Numbered from the stretch's first letter, positions 1 through 8,638 are shown. The stretch: 62,982 bases of DNA from an uncultured Bacteroidia bacterium (GCA_902790405.1 CADARW010000006.1:1-62982), one strand, 5' to 3'. The notes: a model not told the origin generated them from the sequence alone. Numbers and translations: made by a program.

Positions 1-151
1 CCTGATTAACTTCCCTTGTCTCCACACCATAAAGGTATGCGACATCGGCATCAGCAATGACTTCTTGATTGCGTATGACCGCAATTCTGTCTTCCACCTC
101 CTGCATACTCAGTGGTATCAGGTCGTTATTCTTCTTCACTATATTGCTCAT
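1..151 (-). CDS. ORF6N (KilA-N-like) DNA-binding domain protein, N-terminal fragment; C-terminus lies beyond the left edge
   Basis: Own translation of the minus strand from the ATG (complement of 149-151) gives MSNIVKKNNDLIPLSMQEVEDRIAVIRNQEVIADADVAYLYGVETREVNQ. The IRxQxV..D.D.A.LYGVET...NQ pattern is the ORF6N signature, common on Bacteroidota mobile elements. It is absent from the ORF track because no stop codon lies in the window. Confidence 0.6.
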   Translation of the reverse strand, partial: MSNIVKKNNDLIPLSMQEVEDRIAVIRNQEVIADADVAYLYGVETREVNQ

Positions 152-156
152 AGTAT

Positions 157-447
157 CTACTCTGCAAAGAGTTTACGGGCATCGTAATGAACCCTACCAG
201 AATGGAGCTCGTCAAAGGCTCTTGTCAGACTATCCCTCACCATCGCTTTTTGGACTTTGGCCTTGTCATGTTCGGCCAGAAGACGTTCTGAATTTGCATC
301 ATCCTCGCGCACCTTGTCTATCAGTTCATCGAAGTATTCGTCCACAGACATTGTACTGGCCATAATTCTCTCACGAGTGGACTGGTCTTTCGCAAGTGAA
401 TGACAACTCTTATCGACTGACTGCTTTGCTGTTACTGTTGAGATCAT
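157..447 (-). CDS. hypothetical small acidic protein (96 aa)
   Basis: ORF track 157..447. A TAccTTTG -7-like box lies about 25 nt upstream on the minus strand. The stop is 5 nt before the ORF6N start, so the two genes look co-transcribed. No recognisable family. Confidence 0.4.
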   Translation of the reverse strand: MISTVTAKQSVDKSCHSLAKDQSTRERIMASTMSVDEYFDELIDKVREDDANSERLLAEHDKAKVQKAMVRDSLTRAFDELHSGRVHYDARKLFAE

Positions 448-730
448 ACCTTACTTTTATTTCTTAAGGCAAAGGTACGAAAAAGAATTGATATTTATCG
501 CACCTTAAACCATATATTTATCAATTATTATATATTCTTTCTCTGGTCAGTGCTTCAGCACCCTGTAACTTTCATTAACTGTCTAAGTACAAAATTTCTT
601 AATGATTCACCACCACTTTTCCAGCCAATCATACTAGCAAATTCAGACCAGTTTCTATCCGCTTTTGGCAAATCTCTATGTGCAATTCCTTTTGAATGCA
701 AGCATTCAAGGATTTGCAGAAAACAAAAAT

Positions 731-757
731 AGCGAAGCAAAAGCTTCGCTATTTTTT
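731..757 (-). terminator. intrinsic terminator hairpin downstream of tRNA-Ser, flanked by A- and T-tracts (bidirectional shape)
   Basis: AGCGAAGC-AAAA-GCTTCGCT is a perfect 8-bp stem at 731-750. It is followed by TTTTTT on the plus strand and by ATTTTTGTTTT on the minus strand. Confidence 0.6.
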
Positions 758-847
<90 letters not shown>

Positions 848-889
848 GTGCTAAAATCTGAACATCTCCTCAAAGCGGAAATGCGGGTG

Positions 890-897
890 CAAAGATA
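890..897 (-). promoter_or_regulatory. Bacteroides-type -7 box (TAtcTTTG) upstream of tRNA-Ser
   Basis: The minus strand reads ATATATCTTTGCACCC about 43 nt upstream of the tRNA 5' end. Confidence 0.4.
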
Positions 898-1006
898 TAT
901 GTTTTTTTGAATAACACAAAAATTATTTCTGAAAATATTTTTATATGTAAAAGTTCGTCAGGAATTAAAAATGACTATATTTGCAGTCTTGTAAAAGAAT
1001 GTAGAT

Positions 1007-1888
1007 ATGGAGTGCAGAAAGTTTATAGTAATAATTTCTGTGTTAGTAATGGCGCTGTCCCTCTTTGTGTCATGCAACGGGTCTAGTTCAGGGAAACGCG
1101 AATTGGTTTCGATGTATGGATTAATCAACGGTTCCAACTGGCGAAGCGCCGACCCGACGGCAGTAATAAGTGACAGCAGGATAAAGATGACCGGCATTTC
1201 TGGTAATGGTCAAGCAATTATCATAACCTTGAATGCAAAACAGGCAGGCGAATATACATTTACCTCCACCAATGGACACTATGCCGAATTTATTCCCAAT
1301 ATGGCTTCGGGTACTGAGCGTTTTTCTACACTTAACAGCGAGTCGGGGAGCGGATTTGTAAGACTTTCGTCGTTAAATACCGAACTCAAGACTCTTGGTG
1401 GCGAATTCGCTTTTTCTGCGTATCGTGCCGATGGCGGTGTTAAGAATGTTACCGAGGGTAAGTTTGTAAATGTGCCATATACATACTACGATTTCGGCGA
1501 AGATGTATATACCAATGTTTTCAAATATGGAGCGGGAGGCACTATATGGAGCGCCATCGACATATACGCCAACAAAACCGATACCGCAATGGTGCTGTAT
1601 GGCGCTTGCGACCGTGCTGTGTCGTGGCAGAGCATAACATTGCAGTTGCCTACAAACATAACTACTGGACGACACGATTTCGGCAACGGAATATCCGCTA
1701 CTTTCCAGTCGGGATTCTATAGCTTCCCCGCAACCGAAGGCGCTGTTACTGTTACCGAATACAATACAAACACTAAGATTATAAAAGGCACCTTCTTTTT
1801 CAACTACCTCGACAACAACAATGCAGTGCAGTCGATTACCGACGGTACATTCGATATTAAATATACAGATTTGACAGTTATTGAATAA
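1007..1888 (+). CDS. hypothetical lipoprotein with two tandem ~130-aa beta-rich domains
   Basis: ORF track. The signal peptide ends in the lipobox LFVSC. An internal duplication is visible (..W.SA...G.F.F.. twice). A TAtaTTTG box lies at about 973. Confidence 0.7.
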   Translation: MECRKFIVIISVLVMALSLFVSCNGSSSGKRELVSMYGLINGSNWRSADPTAVISDSRIKMTGISGNGQAIIITLNAKQAGEYTFTSTNGHYAEFIPNMASGTERFSTLNSESGSGFVRLSSLNTELKTLGGEFAFSAYRADGGVKNVTEGKFVNVPYTYYDFGEDVYTNVFKYGAGGTIWSAIDIYANKTDTAMVLYGACDRAVSWQSITLQLPTNITTGRHDFGNGISATFQSGFYSFPATEGAVTVTEYNTNTKIIKGTFFFNYLDNNNAVQSITDGTFDIKYTDLTVIE

Positions 1889-1917
1889 ATTTAATTAACA
1901 AAATAAACATTTTTCAC

Positions 1918-3531
1918 ATGAACGAAAAAATATTGAAAGACCTCGCCAAGATAGGCATAACAGGTGTAAAAAAGCTTCATTATAATCCCTCATACGAGGA
2001 ATTGTTCAAATTCGAAATGGACCCGTCTCTCGAAGGCTTCGACAAAGGCCAGCTTACCGAACTCGACGCTGTAAACGTAATGACTGGTATCTATACCGGT
2101 CGTTCGCCTAAGGACAAGTTCATCGTTATGGACGAAAACTCGAAGGACACCGTTTGGTGGACAACCGACGAGTACAAGAACGACAACCACGTATGCTCGC
2201 AGGAGACTTGGAATGTTGTAAAGGACCTTGCAAAGAAGCAGCTTTGCGACAAGGAATTGTTCGTAGTTGACGCTTTCTGCGGTGCAAACAAGGACACCCG
2301 CATGAATGTACGCTTCATCATGGAAGTTGCATGGCAGGCTCACTTCGTACGCAACATGTTCATCAAGCCGACAGAGGAAGAACTCAAGACTTTCGAACCT
2401 AACTTCACAGTTTACACCGCTTCGAAGGCAAAGGTTGAAAACTACAAGGAACTCGGTCTCAACAGCGAAACAGCTGTTGTATTCAACATCACAAGCCGCG
2501 AACAGGTTATCCTCAACACCTGGTACGGTGGCGAAATGAAGAAGGGTATGTTCTCGATGATGAACTACTACCTTCCATTGCAGGGTATTGCAGCTATGCA
2601 CTGCTCGGCAAACACCGACATGCAGGGCAAGCACACCGCTATTTTCTTCGGACTTAGCGGTACGGGCAAGACCACCCTTTCGACCGACCCGAAGCGTCTG
2701 CTCATCGGTGACGACGAACACGGCTGGGACGATGACGGCGTTTTCAACTTCGAAGGCGGCTGCTACGCAAAGGTTATCAACCTCGACAAGGACAGCGAAC
2801 CCGACATCTATAACGCTATCCGTCGCAATGCACTTCTCGAGAACGTTACTGTTGACGAAAAGGGCAAGATTAATTTTGCAGATAAGAGCGTTACCGAAAA
2901 TACCCGCGTAAGCTACCCAATCGACCATATCGAGAAGATCGTTCGCCCGATAAGCGCAGCTCCGGCAGCCGAGAATGTTATTTTCCTTTCGGCTGATGCA
3001 TTCGGCGTTCTTCCTCCTGTATCAATCCTTACTCCCGAACAGTGCAAGTACTACTTCCTTAGCGGTTTCACAGCTAAGTTGGCAGGTACTGAGCGTGGTA
3101 TCACCGAGCCTACTCCAACATTCAGCGCTTGCTTTGGACAGGCATTCCTCGAATTGCATCCTACAAAGTACGCTGAAGAACTTGTAAAGCGCATGGAAAA
3201 GAGCAATGCTAAGGCTTATTTGGTAAACACAGGCTGGAACGGTACTGGCAAGCGTATCTCGATTAAGGATACCCGTGGAATCATCGATGCAATCCTCGAC
3301 GGCTCAATCTTGACCGCACCGACAAAGAAGATTCCGTACTTCGATTTCGAAGTTCCGACCGCATTGCCAGGCGTTGATCCGAAGATTCTCGATCCGCGCG
3401 ACACCTACGCAACCGCCAACGAGTGGGAAGTTAAGGCACGCGACCTTGCAGAACGCTTCATCAAGAACTTTGTTAAGTTCACAAGCAACCCAGCAGGCAA
3501 GAAGTTGGTTGATGCAGGTCCAAAGCTATAA
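1918..3531 (+). CDS. pckA: phosphoenolpyruvate carboxykinase (ATP)
   Basis: 537 aa. Kinase-1a motif [11 protein letters not shown], plus IGDDEHGW and the overall PckA layout. Confidence 0.97.
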   Translation: MNEKILKDLAKIGITGVKKLHYNPSYEELFKFEMDPSLEGFDKGQLTELDAVNVMTGIYTGRSPKDKFIVMDENSKDTVWWTTDEYKNDNHVCSQETWNVVKDLAKKQLCDKELFVVDAFCGANKDTRMNVRFIMEVAWQAHFVRNMFIKPTEEELKTFEPNFTVYTASKAKVENYKELGLNSETAVVFNITSREQVILNTWYGGEMKKGMFSMMNYYLPLQGIAAMHCSANTDMQGKHTAIFFGLSGTGKTTLSTDPKRLLIGDDEHGWDDDGVFNFEGGCYAKVINLDKDSEPDIYNAIRRNALLENVTVDEKGKINFADKSVTENTRVSYPIDHIEKIVRPISAAPAAENVIFLSADAFGVLPPVSILTPEQCKYYFLSGFTAKLAGTERGITEPTPTFSACFGQAFLELHPTKYAEELVKRMEKSNAKAYLVNTGWNGTGKRISIKDTRGIIDAILDGSILTAPTKKIPYFDFEVPTALPGVDPKILDPRDTYATANEWEVKARDLAERFIKNFVKFTSNPAGKKLVDAGPKL

Positions 3532-3557
3532 TTAAGGATTTCTACATTTTACAGAAT

Positions 3558-3590
3558 AAAAAAGTTCCGCCATTCGACGGAACTTTTTTA
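3558..3590. terminator. bidirectional intrinsic terminator between convergent pckA and the transketolase N-subunit gene
   Basis: AAAGTTCCG-CCATTCGA-CGGAACTTT is a 9-bp stem, with an A-tract before it and a T-tract after it. Confidence 0.75.
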
Positions 3591-3601
3591 TTATCAATTA
3601 T

Positions 3602-3650
3602 CAATTGTACATTGTCAATTGTACATTGTCAATTGTACATTATCAATTGT
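3602..3650. repeat. 14-bp tandem repeat CAATTGTACATTGT x3.5
   Basis: Copies at 3602-3615, 3616-3629 and 3630-3643 (one mismatch), plus a partial copy at 3644-3650. The array overlaps the last codons (..NNN stop) of the minus-strand gene. Confidence 0.85.
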
Positions 3651-4455
3651 TATTTGTCCATTTCTCCCTTTCTTCTCTACTTGGTGCTTTTCCGTGCCAT
3701 TTGTAGTCGCCTTCGATTTCGGGAACGCCTTTGCCCATGGTTGTGTTGGCGATGAGGACTTTAGGTTTCTCGCCAGACATGTTGTCGAAAGTGCTGACAA
3801 GTTCCTCGATGCTGTTGCCGTTGCATTCGTAAACGTCCCAGCCGAACGATGCCCATTTTTCGCGCAATGGTTCTAGTCCCATTACCGATTCGTTTGGTCC
3901 GTCGATTTGCAGGCGGTTGCGGTCGACTATGGCTATAATGTTGTTTAGCTTGTGATGTGCGGCGCTCATTGCAGCTTCCCACACTTCGCCTTCCTGGATT
4001 TCGCCGTCGCCACATACGCAGAAAATCTTGCGCGAGCAACCGTCAACCTTGTCGGAAAGAGCCATTCCTACGGATACCGACAAACCTTGTCCGAGCGAAC
4101 CCGAAGCCGATTCTACTCCTGGCAATCCCGAAGCCAATGATGGGTGTCCCTGCAGACGACCGCCAATCTTGCGCAGAGTCAGAAGTTCCTCTTTCGGGAA
4201 GTATCCTGCATTGGCAAGTGTGGCATAAAGTACTGGAGCAGTGTGACCTATCGAGAGTATAAGTTTGTCGCGGTCAGGCATCTGCGGATTGTTAGGGTCG
4301 TGCTTCATGGTGTGGAAGTAGAGTACGGTGAAAATGTCGGCAAGGTCGAGCGAACCGCCGATGTGTCCCGAGCCGGCTTCGCACAGCGAGTCTATGATGT
4401 CGCGACGTATCGTGGCGGCTATGCCTTCGAGTCGCTTCAGTTCATTGGTCTCCAT
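3643..4455 (-). CDS. transketolase, N-terminal (TPP-binding) subunit of a split transketolase
   Basis: The ORF 3643..4626 is trimmed to Met58 (METNELKRLEGIAATIRRDI..GSGHIGGSLD). The ATG at 4453-4455 overlaps the TGA of the upstream gene (ATGA). GDGE..EG..WEA and the KWHGKAP end are typical of the ~270-aa N subunit. Confidence 0.9.
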   Translation of the reverse strand: METNELKRLEGIAATIRRDIIDSLCEAGSGHIGGSLDLADIFTVLYFHTMKHDPNNPQMPDRDKLILSIGHTAPVLYATLANAGYFPKEELLTLRKIGGRLQGHPSLASGLPGVESASGSLGQGLSVSVGMALSDKVDGCSRKIFCVCGDGEIQEGEVWEAAMSAAHHKLNNIIAIVDRNRLQIDGPNESVMGLEPLREKWASFGWDVYECNGNSIEELVSTFDNMSGEKPKVLIANTTMGKGVPEIEGDYKWHGKAPSREEREKWTNNN

Positions 4456-4892
4456 CAGTGGATAGGGTATTTTATGTTGGTCTTTATGATGTATGCCTCC
4501 GGATATTTTGGCAATAGGTCTTTCATCAGCACCAAAGCCTCGAAACGTGTCATAAAGTCGCCGACGTGCACTTCGAAGTTCGGTTCGACGAAAGTTACGT
4601 ATGCTTCGTGGTCGTCGTTGCTGCATGCAGAGCGAATGGCGTTGGCTCGTCCACGTGCATCCTGTGTGTTCTGTGCAAAAACTTTTACGCGGTAGCCGGG
4701 GAATCCGTCACGCTTCTTGTTGAGGCCTACGCAGGTTTCCATGAAGTTCTTCAGTGCGGCGTCCTGTTCAACTTTTACCTTTCCGTTGTAGCATGAGTCG
4801 CTGAAGTATTTTATGCGTGAAGGGGTTATGTTCTGTCCCATCATTTGCAATGAGCAGAAGGCTATTATGAATATTATCACGAACTTTTTCAT
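4455..4892 (-). CDS. SPOR domain-containing secreted protein
   Basis: The ORF-track start at 4901 is a TTG. The first ATG, at 4892, gives MKKFVIIFIIAFCSLQ (signal peptide). The C-terminal YRVKVFAQ..GRANAI...V.F.EPNFEVHVGDF fold is SPOR-like. A TAccTTTG box lies just upstream. Confidence 0.8.
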   Translation of the reverse strand: MKKFVIIFIIAFCSLQMMGQNITPSRIKYFSDSCYNGKVKVEQDAALKNFMETCVGLNKKRDGFPGYRVKVFAQNTQDARGRANAIRSACSNDDHEAYVTFVEPNFEVHVGDFMTRFEALVLMKDLLPKYPEAYIIKTNIKYPIH

Positions 4893-4916
4893 CGAAGACA
4901 AATTTTTGCAAAGGTA

Positions 4917-5387
4917 TTAAAAAAACTTGAATCTGCTTAAATTCTCCTGATGTTCCACTTTTATTTTTTTCGACACTATAAACTTCGAAACCTTCACATA
5001 TCCCGAAAGCTTCAGGGTTGTGCTACCTTTTGTAAATGCATTTTTCAGTGCTATGGGGTCCTTTACGATGTCCTTGAACGAAGCGTCGTAGTTTATCTGG
5101 TAGGCGTTGTTCGACTTCGGGTTGATGTGGATTCGCTCCCTTTTGTTGAGGCAGCCGATTGGAATGTCGTTTACGCTGACGTCGAGTTTTATGCCCTTTA
5201 TGTTGAACCCGAACGAGTTGGGATTGTCAACTGGGATTTTTCCGCTTATGCTTATTCCACTCAGACTTAAGTTGTTTATTTTTACATCTTTAGGCGTGCC
5301 GACGCTTACCTCCTGGATTGCACACGAGTTCATTCCGACTATTGCTACCGAAAGAGCCAGCAGTAATATTGTTATTCTAGTTTTCAT
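4917..5387 (-). CDS. LEA_2 (late embryogenesis abundant type 2 / WHy-like) family lipoprotein
   Basis: The ATG at 5387 (MKTRITILLLALSVAIVGMNSC lipobox) is preferred over the track's TTG at 5405. The beta-sandwich-like repeat pattern is typical of LEA_2. A TAcaTTTG box lies upstream. Confidence 0.55.
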   Translation of the reverse strand: MKTRITILLLALSVAIVGMNSCAIQEVSVGTPKDVKINNLSLSGISISGKIPVDNPNSFGFNIKGIKLDVSVNDIPIGCLNKRERIHINPKSNNAYQINYDASFKDIVKDPIALKNAFTKGSTTLKLSGYVKVSKFIVSKKIKVEHQENLSRFKFF

Positions 5388-5537
5388 CGTTACAATTTTT
5401 TGCAAATGTAAGGAAAAGATTCGATGATTTGATAATTTGAATATTCAAAAATTAAACCACTTTTTGCATAATTGTCAAATGTTAATTGTCAATTATCAAT
5501 TTTTTATTACCTTTGAGGTCGAAAAAAAATATAAGTT

Positions 5538-5909
5538 ATGGCACGAAGCGAAGAAATAAGCAACAACCTTAATATTATCGGTAGTGAAACCACTATCGTG
5601 GGTAATATTGTTTCGCAAGGCGATGTGAGGTTCGATGGAACATTAGAAGGAAATCTTACAACTCAGTCAAAACTGGTAATAGGCACTACCGGTAGGATTA
5701 CTGGGGAAATAAAATGTAGGGATTGTGAGGTTGCCGGTACAGTACGAGGCAAGATAAAAGTGGAAAACCTGCTGATGCTCAAAGCTACTGCAGTGGTCGA
5801 AGGGGAGATAAAAACCTCGAAGTTGGCCATCGAGCCCAATGCTGTATTCTCAGGCACATGCAGCATGAGTACCGCCGAACCGCAGGTCGAAGAACAGTAT
5901 AATGGATAG
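5538..5909 (+). CDS. bactofilin (polymer-forming cytoskeletal protein, CcmA family)
   Basis: 123 aa. The repeated hydrophobic-G-x-I/V beta-helix pattern (VGNIVSQGDVRFDGTLEGNL...ITGEIKCRDCEVAGTVRGKI...VEGEIKT) is the bactofilin signature. Confidence 0.85.
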   Translation: MARSEEISNNLNIIGSETTIVGNIVSQGDVRFDGTLEGNLTTQSKLVIGTTGRITGEIKCRDCEVAGTVRGKIKVENLLMLKATAVVEGEIKTSKLAIEPNAVFSGTCSMSTAEPQVEEQYNG

Positions 5910-6132
5910 CAAGGAAAAGAGCGACAAGTTCAATTCCGGTCTTGGTAAGTGGGCGCGATACACGTCGCTGGCCTTCGAGATGGGAATTGTGATTTTTGCC
6001 GGTGCTTTCGGCGGACTTAAGCTCGACGAGTATTTCGGTACCGAAAAGCCGTGGTTCACGGTGGCATTGTCGCTTTTTGCAGTTTTCGCATCTATATATA
6101 TAGTAGTAAAAGGTGTTAAGAATGAAAAATGA
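5902..6132 (+). CDS. AtpZ/AtpI family protein (putative F0F1-ATPase assembly subunit)
   Basis: 76 aa with two TM helices. The LAFEMGIVIFAGAFGG..LD pattern matches the ATPase_gene1 family. It overlaps the bactofilin stop by 8 nt. Confidence 0.65.
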   Translation: MDSKEKSDKFNSGLGKWARYTSLAFEMGIVIFAGAFGGLKLDEYFGTEKPWFTVALSLFAVFASIYIVVKGVKNEK

Positions 6133-6523
6133 TTCATTAGTCGGAGTATTGACAAAACTTGCAATTTTTGGCATCGGTCTGTTCGCCGTGCATTTTTTGC
6201 TTGCTCGCGCCTTCCCCGTTTGTGCCGCCGAAGGAATATACGAGGCACATCTTTTCCTTTTTGCGCTGACGGTGGCTGTCGTTCTAGTGCTGAAATTCAT
6301 TTTTCGGAAGATGACGCAGAAGCAAGGACTTTTCGGTTATGCCTTCATGGCGTCGAGCCTTGTGAAAATGGCGCTATGCGTGGTGTTCCTCATTCCTATA
6401 ATAAGAAGCGACGCCGACTATCGCATTGCATACGTCGTGCAGTTTTTTGTGCTGTATTTCGCATACCTCGTTATGGAAGTCGTGCTGGTCGCCAAGTTGC
6501 TGAAGACATCGCAGGAATCCTAA
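6122..6523 (+). CDS. hypothetical 4-TM membrane protein (DUF6168-like partner of AtpZ)
   Basis: The ATG at 6122 (MKNDSLVG) is preferred to the track's GTG at 6113. It overlaps the AtpZ stop by 11 nt and has four hydrophobic helices. Confidence 0.55.
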   Translation: MKNDSLVGVLTKLAIFGIGLFAVHFLLARAFPVCAAEGIYEAHLFLFALTVAVVLVLKFIFRKMTQKQGLFGYAFMASSLVKMALCVVFLIPIIRSDADYRIAYVVQFFVLYFAYLVMEVVLVAKLLKTSQES

Positions 6524-6607
6524 ATCATCAAATCTTTGAACTTTCTTAAAACAAAATACAATAAATGTCGTATAATATTTAGAGTTTATTATTAATAGGA
6601 AATAGTC

Positions 6608-6985
6608 ATGGAAGAAGAAAAGACTAGATATTCGCAGGAAGAACTTGAGGAATTCAAGGAAATAATTCTCAAGAAGTTGGAACGTGCACAGGCTGATTTC
6701 GACTTGTACAAGAGTATGCTCACCAAGGAAGACATGAATGACATTGATGATACTTCGCCAACTTTCAAGGTTTTGGAAGAAGGACAGAATGTATTGTCGA
6801 AAGAGGAGATAGGACGTATTGCACAGCGTCAGCTTAAGTTCATACAGAACCTTCAGGCAGCGCTTTTCAGAATTGAAATTGGCACCTACGGCATTTGCCG
6901 CAAGACGGGCAAGTTGATTCCAAAAGAGAGACTTCGCGCAGTACCTCATGCAACGCTATGCGTCGAAGCAAAGCAAAACAGATAA
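6608..6985 (+). CDS. DksA/TraR family transcriptional regulator
   Basis: 125 aa. The N-terminal half is an acidic coiled coil. The C-terminal YGICRKTGKLIPKERLRAVPHATLCVEAK is DksA-type but keeps only two Cys. Confidence 0.8.
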   Translation: MEEEKTRYSQEELEEFKEIILKKLERAQADFDLYKSMLTKEDMNDIDDTSPTFKVLEEGQNVLSKEEIGRIAQRQLKFIQNLQAALFRIEIGTYGICRKTGKLIPKERLRAVPHATLCVEAKQNR

Positions 6986-6990
6986 AAAAA

Positions 6991-7012
6991 AGACCGCTAA
7001 GGTCTTTTTTTT
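6991..7012 (+). terminator. intrinsic terminator of the dksA-like gene
   Basis: AGACC-GCTAA-GGTCT followed by T8. Confidence 0.8.
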
Positions 7013-7016
7013 GTTT

Positions 7017-7328
7017 CTATGGCTTCGCCGTTTGAAAGTTTAGATGCCTGCGGCGTTTCTGTGGCTAAAGCCGTTTCACGCTGGCGCTGTTTCAATGGCT
7101 TCGCCGTTTCTGGGTTGGGGGCTTGCAGTCTTACAGTCTTACAGTCTTACAGTCTTTCAGCCTTTCGGCCTTTCAGTCTTTTAGCCTTTTAGCCCCATTT
7201 GCATCTTGTCAGCCAACCTAGAAACTTAGAAACTTAGAAACCTAGAAACCTTGAACCCTTGAAACGGCGCACCCATAGAACGGCGAAGCCCTCAACGAAG
7301 TTAACCTTTAGCTCAGCGTAAGCTAAAC
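7017..7328. repeat. GTTTC-phased mini-hairpin repeat array A (head-to-head, with central 8-bp microsatellites)
   Basis: Forward units (GGCTTCGCC/GCCTGCGGC/GGCTAAAGCC + GTTTC) span 7017-7115. 8-bp repeats CAGTCTTA-like x9 span 7126-7197. 8-bp repeats YTAGAAAC x6 span 7218-7265. Reverse-oriented units plus CTCAACGAAGTTAA span 7266-7304. An AACCTTTAGCTC hairpin lies at 7303-7328. Confidence 0.85.
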
Positions 7329-7386
7329 TTTTAAACAAATCTCTGTTTTTTCATAAAAATTTTGTTCATCCTAATTCATTATTTCT

Positions 7387-7394
7387 TACATTTG
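7387..7394 (+). promoter_or_regulatory. -7 box TAcaTTTG upstream of kbl
   Basis: Matches the Bacteroides TAnnTTTG consensus, 32 nt before the ATG at 7426. Confidence 0.45.
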
Positions 7395-7425
7395 CCAATC
7401 GAAAATAATTTAAAAACAAAATATC

Positions 7426-8616
7426 ATGTATAACGATTTTCAAGCTTATCTACAGAAGGAAATAGCTGGTATCAGAGAAGCCGGCTTGTACAAGAACGAA
7501 CGAATAATAGCATCGCCGCAGGGTGGTGAAATCACATTGCAGGACGGAACCAAGGTTCTCAATTTCTGCGCAAACAACTACCTCGGCCTCGCCAACAATC
7601 CACAGCTCATCGCTGCAGCAAAGGAAGCCATGGATACTCACGGCTACGGTATGGCATCGGTAAGGTTCATCTGCGGTTGCTCCGACCTTCACAAGGCATT
7701 GGAAAAGAAGATTGCTGAATTCTTTGGTACTGAGGACACTATCCTCTACGCTGCTTGCTTCGACGCTAACGGCGGTGTTTTCGAACCATTGCTAGGCGAA
7801 GACGATGCTATCATCTCCGACTCGTTGAACCACGCTTCAATTATCGACGGTGTTCGTCTGTGCAAGGCTCAGCGTTTCCGCTATGCAAACGCCGACATGG
7901 CCGACCTCGAAGAAAAACTCAAGGAAGCACAGAAGTGCCGTTTCCGCCTCATTGCTACCGACGGCGTATTCTCGATGGACGGTAACGTTTGCCCTCTCGA
8001 CAAGATTTACGAACTCGCAAACAAGTACAACGCAATGGTAATGGTTGACGAATCGCACTCGGCAGGCGTTGTCGGAAAGACTGGCCGCGGTGTTACCGAA
8101 CGCTACAACCTCCGTGGAAAGATTGAAATCCTTACCGGTACTCTCGGAAAGGCTTTCGGCGGTGCAGTAGGCGGATTCACAACTGGTAAGCGCGAAATCA
8201 TCGAAATGCTTCGTCAGCGTTCAAGACCATATTTGTTCTCCAACTCTATTCCGCCAATGGTTGCCGCTGCTGGCTGCAAGATGGTTGACATCATGTCGAG
8301 CACCAACGAGTTGCAGGACAAGCTTCACAGCAACACCGACTACTTCGTTGCAAAGATGAAGGCTGCTGGCTTCGACATCAAGCCAACCGAATCGGCAATC
8401 TGCGCAGTAATGCTCTACGACGCAAAGCTTTCGCAGGATATGGCTGCAAAACTTCAGGAAGAAGGCATCTATGTAACTGGCTTCTACTATCCTGTAGTTC
8501 CGAAGGGACAGGCTCGTATCCGCGTTCAGATTTCGGCAGCTCACGAAATCGCCCACCTCGACAAGTGCATCGCAGCATTTACCAAGGTCGGCAAGGAACT
8601 CGGCGTTATCAAGTAG
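7426..8616 (+). CDS. kbl: glycine C-acetyltransferase (2-amino-3-ketobutyrate CoA ligase)
   Basis: 396 aa. It starts LQKEIAGIREAGLYKNERII. The PLP-lysine context GTLGKAFGG and the alpha-oxoamine synthase layout are present. Confidence 0.93.
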   Translation: MYNDFQAYLQKEIAGIREAGLYKNERIIASPQGGEITLQDGTKVLNFCANNYLGLANNPQLIAAAKEAMDTHGYGMASVRFICGCSDLHKALEKKIAEFFGTEDTILYAACFDANGGVFEPLLGEDDAIISDSLNHASIIDGVRLCKAQRFRYANADMADLEEKLKEAQKCRFRLIATDGVFSMDGNVCPLDKIYELANKYNAMVMVDESHSAGVVGKTGRGVTERYNLRGKIEILTGTLGKAFGGAVGGFTTGKREIIEMLRQRSRPYLFSNSIPPMVAAAGCKMVDIMSSTNELQDKLHSNTDYFVAKMKAAGFDIKPTESAICAVMLYDAKLSQDMAAKLQEEGIYVTGFYYPVVPKGQARIRVQISAAHEIAHLDKCIAAFTKVGKELGVIK

Positions 8617-8638
8617 AAAAAAAACAAATTATAGAGGA

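Noticed and set aside
555-740. 61-aa minus-strand ORF with ILECLHSKGIAHRDL, reminiscent of the Hanks kinase catalytic loop.
   Set aside because: Only about 15 residues match and the similarity stops right after HRDL. The ORF start overlaps the tRNA-Ser terminator hairpin. It is too short to call as a gene or pseudogene and is mentioned only as possible debris.
1990-2928. 312-aa ORF antisense to pckA. Similar long antisense or alternate-frame ORFs occur at 12288-12827, 13668-14177, 16011-16799, 21021-21530, 22149-22760, 27868-29040, 30271-31488, 42632-43402, 43421-44053, 44160-44768, 56199-56918 and 62626-62979.
   Set aside because: Each lies entirely inside a confidently identified gene on the other strand or in another frame. 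Their translations are low-complexity or Cys/Arg/His-rich with no family resemblance. Long shadow ORFs are expected from the codon bias of the real genes.
4456-4626. The N-terminal 57 codons of track ORF 3643-4626 (MQQRRPRSIRNFRRTELRS...).
   Set aside because: It overlaps the 3' end of the SPOR gene in another frame and is Arg-rich junk. The transketolase similarity starts at METNELKRLEG, and the ATGA stop/start overlap at 4453-4457 is a typical coupling.
5785-6300. 171-aa and 132-aa minus-strand ORFs across the bactofilin/AtpZ region.
   Set aside because: They are antisense to three overlapping, well-supported plus-strand genes and have Arg/Cys-rich, non-protein-like translations.
7017-7328. 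Considered whether the repeat arrays (also 53282-53490 and 58090-58900) are CRISPR arrays.
   Set aside because: The units are only about 17-21 nt, highly degenerate and contiguous. There are no unique spacers of 25-40 nt, no cas genes and no leader-like organisation.
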